A stretch of DNA of 64,000 bases from Zygnema circumcarinatum SAG 698-1b. Its lineage: Eukaryota; Plantae; Zygnematophyceae. The DNA lies in the NCBI GenBank assembly GCA_037447605.1, contig CM074811.1, forward strand, positions 1,302,001 through 1,366,000, read 5' to 3'. How positions within the stretch are numbered: position 1 is the stretch's first letter; each line of letters begins with the position of its first letter. The translations under genes were made by a program, and so were the position numbers. Positions 52,301 through 61,872 of the stretch are shown here, piece by piece. The notes under the pieces are model-generated. The model did no database searches. It saw only the letters and a list, made by a program, of their open reading frames with translations, and was not told the origin of the DNA.

Positions 52301-55300
52301 AAGCTAACCATATACTATAACCAACGTCTATTTCATGCAATTTTAACAAAATCCTTTAATAATAACATTTTTGGCCACAATATGACCAACCTTTAGCTTC
52401 CGCCTTATTTGAGTCTTCTCCCACTTCCTCGTCTCCAGTAACTGGCAGCAAGTGGTCGGTCAAAGCATTAAGCGCATGCAACTTTCTTATCACTTCTAAG
52501 CAAGCCGCTTGTTTTGCTGCATTGGTGCTTCTTTTGATTGGCCCTCGCACCAGTTGTGCCTCAATAGGAGCATTGGAGGGAAGGCGGACTTGCGTCACAA
52601 AGCCATCTTTCTCTTGCTCTGTCACGAAGAGTGGCTGCAAAATGCAAAAACTGCACCTCCGCAACAGTTCAGGGAAGGTGTTAGAAACAGCATCACGATT
52701 GAAGTTCAGAAGGAGTAAAAAGTTGGTTTGGATACCTAGATGAATAGAGATAGCATGGAAAATGGAAAGTAGCCACTCCAATCAGCCACCACTCATTATG
52801 GAGGGGCAAACATTCTACTCTTCTTTCAAACAATTGCCAACAGAAACGTGAAAAACACACAAACTTCGGTGAAAAAATCTCACACCAAAACTGTGGCTTT
52901 TTTTTCTTTCCCACACTACAACTACAGCTTGCAAAATCTGAGCCTCACAAATGCAGCTCATCTTACAAAACAGCTATGACTTGCAAACCTAAGCAAGAGG
53001 GAAGAATAAAAAGCAATTCAGAGTTTCTGAAAAAACAAACTTTTTTCTTTTTTTACTGAAATATACTATGTTTCAAATTCTATTTAGACTTCTCCAAGTA
53101 CCCATACATAAGCCGAAAGCCATAGAAACCACTTCAGAAACATGAATCTTGTCAGCAACAAGAAAACTGTCGCATGAAACACAATCGCCCCTGCTCCATT
53201 GACTCAATTTCCCCCATCCTCCTATCAAAAAGTATAATCATCGCTCCCACAACTTGCCGCACCTGCCACTTGGAAGCTTACTGCAGTAGTGATTGACGAG
53301 AGCAACACTTCCATCAGTGTCAATAACTGCCCCTGTTGAGTCCACCCTATAACTCTCTGCCACTTTATAGTCACTCTCCATCAGTTGGTCGAGGCTCGTC
53401 CTCTCGGACACCTCCTTCCGGATCAAATCTTCACTCTCTAACAGTTGGGAGACTTGGTACCTTTCATCCGAGTCTCTGATGCATACAAGCATCCGCAGCA
53501 ATATTAATGTTAGAGAAGATATTCAACTGTCAGATCTTAGGAACAGATTGCCCACAAAACGTGACATCTCCGAGAAAGTTTTTCTCCCAGCAGTTCAAGA
53601 TAGTCAGCTCCATACACGATAAAAAAGCACGGGTATAGTTTTCATTTTAAATTACGTAAGTGATTATAAGCAGACTCATTTCACTGAACATGGCCAAAGC
53701 AAGAAAGTAAGTACCGTCGAACGAAGATCACGAATTTTGAGTTCGTCATACGAGCACGCCCACGAGACTGAGTGAAGGAACAAACGTTTTTGCTAAGGTC
53801 AAACAGCAGCACGGCATTGCATGCTGGAATATCCACTCCTTCCTCGACTACATTTGTTGATATCAGCACGTTTATCTGTAAGATGGCACCGCGAATGATC
53901 ACAAATGAATAGGGGATTGGCAGACTGCAAAACATGGCATCAAAACCCTTTCCATCCCAGTTCACCTTGCAAGGCTTAAGGGCGAGTATATGAAGATTAT
54001 ATATGTAACCTGACGCTTCCCATAGCCCGAGCCGCGCAACAATCTTGGAACACTCCCATCTTTGACTGCAACTCTCATACAGAATATCCTGTATATATCC
54101 GAAAGTTGGGACAAAAATTCTTACCTTTGTGGCTACTCCGTATCAGATGCCTTTTATAGGGTGCAGTGAAGCCTACAATGGCAAAATCATGCAGTGCAAT
54201 CCTGCAGTTTCCATCTACAGATTCTAAAGCAGTCCGCTCCGCACACTTTTATTGGGATAACTTTAGGAGATATTGCGCTACGTGACAAGATTAAGATTTC
54301 TATGCAATGGCGTCTTGAATACTTTTGATCGAGGTAAACTTTTTTTTGAGTCAGACATTCTAATGAAAGAATGAAACGAATATTCTATTTGTTTCTATCG
54401 TCAAAGAAAGTTCTAGACTGACATTGAAAGAACCGTATACCCCTCAGAAACGGGGCAGCAAAAGAGTTCATCGGGATTCTTCTTCATTTTACCTCTCCTT
54501 TTCTGAAAGCCTTCAAAGTATCTTCGAGCTGAGCTCGAGTGCGGTGCCTTCCTCCAGCAATAGCTTTGCATTTTATAACATCCTTCAATACGACTCCCAA
54601 GAGATTCGCCAAAACATCGACATCTACCACCCGTTCGGCGAACACAATACAATGGAACTCGCTGCCCTTGGTCTCAACTCTGGTAAAACAAAAAAAAAAA
54701 CCCAAGAAGAAACATTAAGGATTATGGATTGCAACTTGGTAGAGGAATGCCCGATAAAAAAACAAGCAATTCTTGGACATTCACAACATCGATCGCATTG
54801 AAAAAAACGTAACAAGTGCTGGTTTCATTCATGAGAGAAGCATCTGTAAGTACAGAAGAATGCCCCAACGCATTCTTACCTGTTGTTGAGAATTTCCAAT
54901 ACGAGCAACTCCACCTTAGGAGTCAGAAGGCCCTCCCTTACTGCTAACCGTAGCTGCTCCCTGATTCGCTCTTCTCGAGAAGCTTCATCCATTAGATCGC
55001 CGACTGCATCCTCAATATTATACGTAAGTTTGCGTACATGTGAGAGAGAAAGAGAAAGAGAAAGAGAAAGAGACGCATTGAGACAACCAAATGACCAACT
55101 GAGAAGGCAACTCAACATGACTAGATTCTCTAAAGGGCATCTAGTCACTTAAGAGACCGAGAATGAGGGAAGGGGTGGAGATTTTGGGAACGTGAGGAAG
55201 CGGAAACAAGCCTTTGGTACAATAATCAATATATGCTGCGTGTGCTAGTCCAAGGGGCACTGGATAAGGGACACATCACTACCATACAGTGTTCACTTTG

Positions 55301-58300
55301 AACTATCTCACTCAGTATCTACGAACAAGGCAATCACTTGGTAATATTCCTACAACAGTGGTATGGGGACAATAGTGAGTTGAAGCATATAGCTTACCTA
55401 CTGGGAGTTCACACCGAAGGCGTTCTCGAGAAAGTTCCAAAATTCTTTTTTCTGAATTTATCAACGAATCTCTGATTGACGCATCCCATTCGTACTGTAA
55501 AATATTGCTTGTTTCGACATCTCTGTACTTCACCTCAGTAGCCTGCATCGAAGACGAGACGAAGGTTGCATTGTTAAAGACAATAATAAGACAAGCTAAG
55601 GATGCAACCTCTAGACCAAGCAGCCATTGTTCGACTTGCAGCAATACTCTCACCTGAAACGCACAATAGAGTCCGAGGTCCTCAACGCAGTGGCTCAGCG
55701 TGCTGACCAATCTTCTAACCCGCTTCCGAATCCTTCCAATTGTTGAAGACTTTTGAACCTGCAAACACAATCGAGCCACTCTCTAAGGGAGAACAAGGAT
55801 TTGAAGGCAAGGAAAGCAAGCAAGCTCCCTGCTTGCTCCCCCTCCCGTACCTTCCCCTCCCAAGTTTTTCCTTCATCGTTCTGCTTTGCCGTGATGGATA
55901 ATTCTCCATATTCAAAACTCCTATTGACAAAATCCCCTGTCAAAGCGATTTTCCCTCGATGTAGGAGCATGGCCAAACTTTCAAAGGTGAGATGATCAAC
56001 TGGTCAAATTGACCACGTTGATTAATTTCGAAAGGACAACTGCACCACACCTCCTCAAAATCTGCTCGCACCTGATCAGAATTTGCTTGTTCCATATGCA
56101 GACTGTTCAGAAACTCCAAAGCTGCTTCAGTGGCCACGGACGGGGTATACAGCTCATATGTTTTGAGGATGGTCCGAGGTGCCGGCATGATTGCTTCGAA
56201 GTCTTTTGTCATCTCGACGGTTGCCAACTGCTCAACAGCACGTGCAATGACAGAATTTACTACCCTATGTATGACCAAACACCAAGCAAGTTCTAAGATT
56301 GGCAGTCTGCATGGTGGAGAAATACTGCATTTCTCAACATGCCTTTGTCTTCATCTACAATTGATGCACGACTTTGAATGGGATTTACTATAGCGTGTCA
56401 GTGGTAAAGCATTAATTCAAACAACATGACGGAAACACATCAACATCTTTAGACACAGGGTGCATCATCGACGCTGCGCATTTTTGCGCTACTGGAAAAG
56501 CTCAAGTAGAGAAGGGATCATTAATCAAGGATGAATATGACTGAAACAGAGGGATGGATCTGTTAAAACCTTCTAAAAACCTTTTCTCTTAGAAATCACT
56601 GCATACCTTAGCATCCAAGATATCCTCAAGGTCCTGAAGCTTCTTAGCGCAATCCTCTTCCGAAGTTACACCTGCAAAAGGTTTCTAGTTTAAGAATAAT
56701 TCATGGATCAATGAATGGTTGCATGGACGAAAAGTTAAGAGTTGATTCTGTGCTTTTGTAAATCCTGAAAAAAAAAACATGCCCGATTCTGGCACAATGA
56801 TTGTAACGATTCTGGCAAAGTGATTGCAACGCAAAACACAACGCAAAACACAAACCATAAAAGTGTGAGCAAAAAAAGGTCACCTTTGCTATTGACTGGT
56901 GATGCGGTCATACCGAAGATCTTGGGCCTTTTGTCAATTGCCACATTCCTGTAAAAATTCTGTTCGCCCGATAACCTTGTCAAAATAGTGTTGGAAGCCA
57001 AAATAATCTTTCGTTGAAAGACTCGATCAAATAGTGAATTCACTGCTTTTCACTCGATACGAGTAACTAGCTCAGGTCACATCTATCATATCGATTACAA
57101 TTGGCAACGAATCCAACTCACATACATACATAGAAAGCACTGCCGGCTGAAACAAGCAAAAGTAATGATAGAACATCAAACACTCTTCCAGTCTGTGATC
57201 CTTGGTTTGAGTACACAGACAATCTATCTAAACTAGTATTGACGATAGACTTGAATCAATGCTGTAAAAACCAAAACCACTGTAATCAAGAGCATTCCAA
57301 AACTGTGACCGTTACTTTGTTCAAAGCTTCTTCTGGATAAGAAGCAGACTTCTGACTTCGGCAAAAGATCCTTTCTGAAAGCTATAGAGCATGGTTCACA
57401 AAGTGAAAGCTAGCTTACACGCATTATGACGACGTAAGGATGATTTCTTTGCGCGTGATGACATTCATCGAGGATGAGCAGGTCCACAATTTCCAAGCTC
57501 ATGAGTGCGTGTTGGAGGCTGTTAAGGAGCAGCTGTGGAGTCATGACTAGCACCTAAACATGACCTCCATACCACAAATGCAAAGTCATCAGCAACTTGG
57601 GAATTTCACAGATCAAAAAAATATTTAAAAATTACAATAGCGAGATGGATGTCCAGCCTGGCCTTTGACAATCTCGATAAATTAAGAAAAAAAAAAAAAG
57701 GGAGAAGATGGTAGACCTCGAGGACTTCAACTTAATTATGGACAGAATCAGTGAATTGAATATTACCACCAGATCAATGACGAATACTACAGTGCACAAC
57801 ATCAAACAAACGAGCAGGAATTGAAAGGTGCCAAAGAGTACTCCCATGGCACACTATTGGAGGAAAACTAAAGTAATTCTTACGTCGTAATTTTCCACCT
57901 CCGTTCTCCAACGAGAAATGTTGTACGAGTCCCCAGAAAGTCGCTTCACTTTGAGATCATTATCCTTGTCGATAACATCCGTTTGCTGCGCAGAACATGC
58001 GAAAAAAAATATTTAGCATAGGTGCCTGAATCAATAACGTGTAGTGCTGCGAATGCAGAATCGTCAACAAACAGCACTGGCAAAGCCGCTATTGGTTTGA
58101 CAACCTTAAGAGAAGAGTAGACAACAATCAGGAAAGCAGCTCACTTGCAGCGAAAGAGGTACACTCGGCACAAGGAAAACGATGATCTTCTTCTCCTTGA
58201 GATTTCTCAAGTGAGCCATCCGAGACTTCATCAACATTACAGCTATGTGAGTCTTTCCCGTTCCTGTTCCGAGGCACACAATAGTATTCTGCTCGGTGGC

Positions 58301-58711
58301 TCGGGTAAAGAGCTCTGACTGGTAGCTGCATACAAGAGAATACAAGCAAGAAAAATGAAGCCAGAGAGAAAGCGCAACAATGAATAAAAGACCGTGGAAA
58401 GGAAATTTTCCCCAGTGAATTCAGCTGGTTCGAGGAAAGAAATTCAACAGTGATGCCAGAAAAATAAAAAGGTTATAATTAAAAAAAAATGGGGAGTGTA
58501 TGGCATAATTGAAAAGAGCTGAACAATTCACGAGTCTTCTAGACTTTTGAGGAAACATGATTACTGACCTCCGAGGTTCGAAAATGAACCGAGCATTTTC
58601 GCTTCCCATATCTTGTCTCTTCTTGTCACTTTTATCCAAAATTTCTACTTGTGTCTCTGCAGTTCTCTTCTTGCTGTCATGGCTGCCATGATTTGACGAG
58701 TTGGAAGCCAT
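46359..58711 (-). CDS. DCL: Dicer-like RNase III endonuclease (helicase, DUF283, PAZ, 2x RNase III, 2x dsRBD), about 20 exons or more
   Basis: YQSELF...[37 protein letters not shown]...[23 protein letters not shown]-like [32 protein letters not shown]...[11 protein letters not shown], dsRBD1 [14 protein letters not shown], dsRBD2 [19 protein letters not shown]|FELEG...[14 protein letters not shown]. Stop at 46359. Paralog class not assignable by eye. Confidence 0.95.
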
Positions 58712-59012
58712 GGACACCAAAAACTCTTCCAGCACTTCTCATTGCAGCCCATAGCGGGGCGCCCGCCTCTTTTAAGGGCGCCATTTTCCTTGAAAGTATC
58801 GCCCCCCCAACCCCCTTCTCCTGCACAACCTCGGCATGCTGTCGTTTTCTCTCAAGCGAGAACCATGGCTGCCACGTGTGCTCTATTGGCGCTCTGCCAT
58901 GGCCCGATTCCATGCCATGAAAACGGAGGCCATGCATGCCATGGGGCCCTCCATTCCGTACGCTTCTCTAGTACAGTACTGTACAGTCGGGGACCCTCGT
59001 ATTTACTGTACC

Positions 59013-60846
59013 CAGGCCTCTTCAAATAGGGGATTTCGGCTTAAGATAGGGGACTGTCCCCTAACTTGGTTTTGTAAAGGGTAGTGATATTTCCACCCCT
59101 TTTTTGGATCCAAACACCCCTTCCCGGCCGGGCAGATTTCAAAAGGGATTAAAAACGGAAAATGCTTTTTTCACACCTTTTTGGAATCGATACCCACCTT
59201 CTTCCGTCGGCTGATTTTATTTTTGCTAACCAAGGAAAATGATACCCCGTCACTGCATTTTGAATACTGTATCCCGCCTAGCTGAAATTTTTTTTTGAGG
59301 GAAAGAAATATCTGCCAGCCCGAATCCGCTCGAAGTGGAAGATCCGTCCGCCACGAGATTGTTCGCCGGTGTCCGTCCTTCACACGTGTGTGTCAATCGC
59401 AGCTGTCGATTCCCTCGCAGATCGCATCACTGCAGGTCACCGTTCGATCTGCAGCCGGGCTCGATCTTAGCGAATGGAAAGCGCCCACGAGTCCCGTCAA
59501 AGCCGAATCGCACATGCGAGTGCGCGCGTCGATCGGCCCGAGATCTCGTAATTGTTAGCTCCCAGCCAATCAACAGGTGCCACGTGTTACATTTTTGACG
59601 TGGAAATTTTGATTGGTCCAAGCTCTCAATGTACGAAATTTTGGGTACCTCAAAGTTGCGACCGTACGACATTTGTACGAAACAACTTTTGAGGCGACTT
59701 TGGCGGGATACGTGGGCACGTGCCATTCGCTGTGACCGAGCCCGGCTGCAGAGTGATCTGCCGTGTTGCGATTTGCGAGGGAATCGACGGCTGCGATTGA
59801 CCGCACGCGTGAAAAGAAATTCAGGTAAGCGGGATATTCAAAATGGGGTGACGGGTTATCATTTTCCTTGTTTCGCAAAAATAAAATCTGCCGATGGAGG
59901 GTGGGTATCGATTCCAAAAAGGTGTGAAAAAAGCATTTTCCGTTTTTAATCCTTTTAGAAATCTGCCCGGCCGGGAAAGGGTGTTTGGATCCAAAAAAGG
60001 GGTGGAAATATCACTACCCTTTGTAAAAACACGTAAATATGGACTGTACGGACGAAACCGTGCACGTACGGACAAGAATTTTGTGGAGACCTTACTTCAT
60101 CATTTCCCAACACTGCTACCGTCGAGTCTGATTTTTCAGTAATTGGATGGGAGAAAGACGAGTTTCGAAAGAGGTTGACAGCCTTTTCATTGGAAGGCAT
60201 TCTTGACTGCAAACAGTTTGATAGTTTGACCGCTCTTCGAGGGTCTCTTTGAGTAGTTTGCATCACTTCTATAGCTGTCTTGTTCAGCCTAAAACTCCTA
60301 AGGGAGTGAGACCATTTTTCATTTCATTTCTAATTTTAGTTCCTATTTCAGTTTTTCTTTTGTGACTACACCTAGAATTTCAGAGGTTATAATTTGGAAT
60401 AGAGTTTTTGTGAGGAAATTTCAAGACTATGATGGATTCTAAAGTGATACTTGGAGTAATTAATGATGGATGGAAAAGGAAATAGAGAGCTTAGGATTGG
60501 ATCTACAAAGTTTCAGTGCAATTGGGTTTTTGAATAAGCAACTATATGTTGTGATTGCCAAATGCACAGTTGTTCTAATTGATTGGTAAAATTTACCAAT
60601 CTATAAGAGTCGAAGAGGTTGCACCAGTTTTTAAAGCCGTGTTGTTATACCAACAAGTAAAGTTCATATACATCATTGCTATCGTGGTTGCAAATGCAAT
60701 TCATTTCCATTTTGTTTTTAACCAAAAAAATGCTTTTTTGGGGCTTGTGTGGTATTTAAGTTGAAATCACGTAAACTAATCTCAAAATCTTACATACATA
60801 AGCTATTTACGATATTTAGGGGATCTCCCCTATTTGAAGAGGCCTG
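59013..60846. mobile_element. Non-autonomous hAT element (middle layer)
   Basis: Perfect 21-bp TIRs CAGGCCTCTTCAAATAGGGGA (59013-59033, 60826-60846); perfect 8-bp TSD ACTGTACC (59005-59012, 60847-60854). No transposase ORF. Confidence 0.9.
59079..60019. mobile_element. Long-TIR (Mutator/foldback-like) non-autonomous element (inner layer)
   Basis: ~200-bp TIRs starting GGGTAGTGATATTTCCACCCC (59079-~59290 versus ~59815-60019); 8-bp TSD TTTGTAAA (59071-59078, 60020-60027). Superfamily is inferred. Confidence 0.85.
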
Positions 60847-61612
60847 ACTGTACCGCCCTGAGGAGTGCGTCCCCAAGAATTTCGCCCCGATTTTGCCGAA
60901 ACCTCCTTTTTGTACGGTAACTTCGTGTTACCGTACAAAAGGGAGGTTTCTGTCCGCACTGTTCGTACTAGCCGTACTAGCTGTACTAGCCGTTACGGGC
61001 TTACGCAAAACTCACCTAATCTCCCCGCACGTGCCGCCGTAGGAGGCGCTCGCGCTTCTCCCCTTCTTGGCTTCGAGACGATACGATATGATACGGTACG
61101 ATATGGTACGATACGAAACTCCCCGATACGGTACTAGCCGTACTAGCCGTACGAGTTGTAGTAGCCGATACAGTACGAGAGGGTACGATGTAGTACGAAA
61201 CGATACGTACGGTCCAACATGAACTCTAACATAATACCGCCCGTCTATTGGTAACTCGAACCTTATATATGCAAAATCAATATTTTCGCCTCATATTGGC
61301 CAAAACCAGGGTGGAAAATATGAGGGCCCCTGACTGTACTGTAGCCCGTATGAAAACTACAGTACAGTACTGTACTGTAAACATTGTCGTTTTGCAAACT
61401 GTACCCTAGGGTCTGGACTCTGGACAGATACAGGGTACGATCGAACCGAAAACGTTACCGTACCGTACAGTCAACCGCGTCCGCGTTCGTTTTCAATGTT
61501 CAGTACTGTAATATAAAATTCGAAAATTAACTTTTACGGCGATCCCTAATCAAGAGATTCAAGACGGGAAGGTCTGCAGAGGGCGCGGCCGCCTTCATTC
61601 GCTGCGGGTCGT

Positions 61613-61825
61613 TTAGGGTTTGCTCCTGCGGCTGGGGGGGAGGGAGGGAGGGGCATGTGTGGGGTCATGGTGGAGCTCTTGTAGGGTTTGTGAAGGGTCC
61701 GACACTGGGAGGAAGCACAGCCCTATCGTTTCCTGTTCGCAATTTGAGAGAAATTTCTGATTGTTTTGCTGGTTTTGCGGGAATATTTGGATCGGTTTGG
61801 TTTGTTGGTTGGTTGGTTTAGGGTT
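61613..61825 (+). promoter_or_regulatory. Telo-box-like TAGGGTT motifs in the SKIP 5' region
   Basis: TTAGGGTTT at 61613-61621, TAGGGTTT at ~61682, TTTAGGGTT at 61817-61825. Confidence 0.4.
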
Positions 61826-61872
61826 GAGAGTAGGGAGTAAGGGTCTCACAAGGCCGGCTGCAGCAGCTATCC

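Larger units (their letters stand above)
58984..61336. mobile_element. Tc1/mariner(pogo)-like non-autonomous element (outer layer of the nest)
   Basis: Imperfect TIRs: left CAGTCGGGGACCCTCGTATTT versus reverse complement of the right end CAGTCAGGGGCCCTCATATTT (18/21). TA flanks both ends. Confidence 0.6.

Noticed and set aside
59013-60846. Short ORFs inside the transposon nest as transposase remnants
   Set aside because: No DDE, BED or hAT dimerisation motifs seen.
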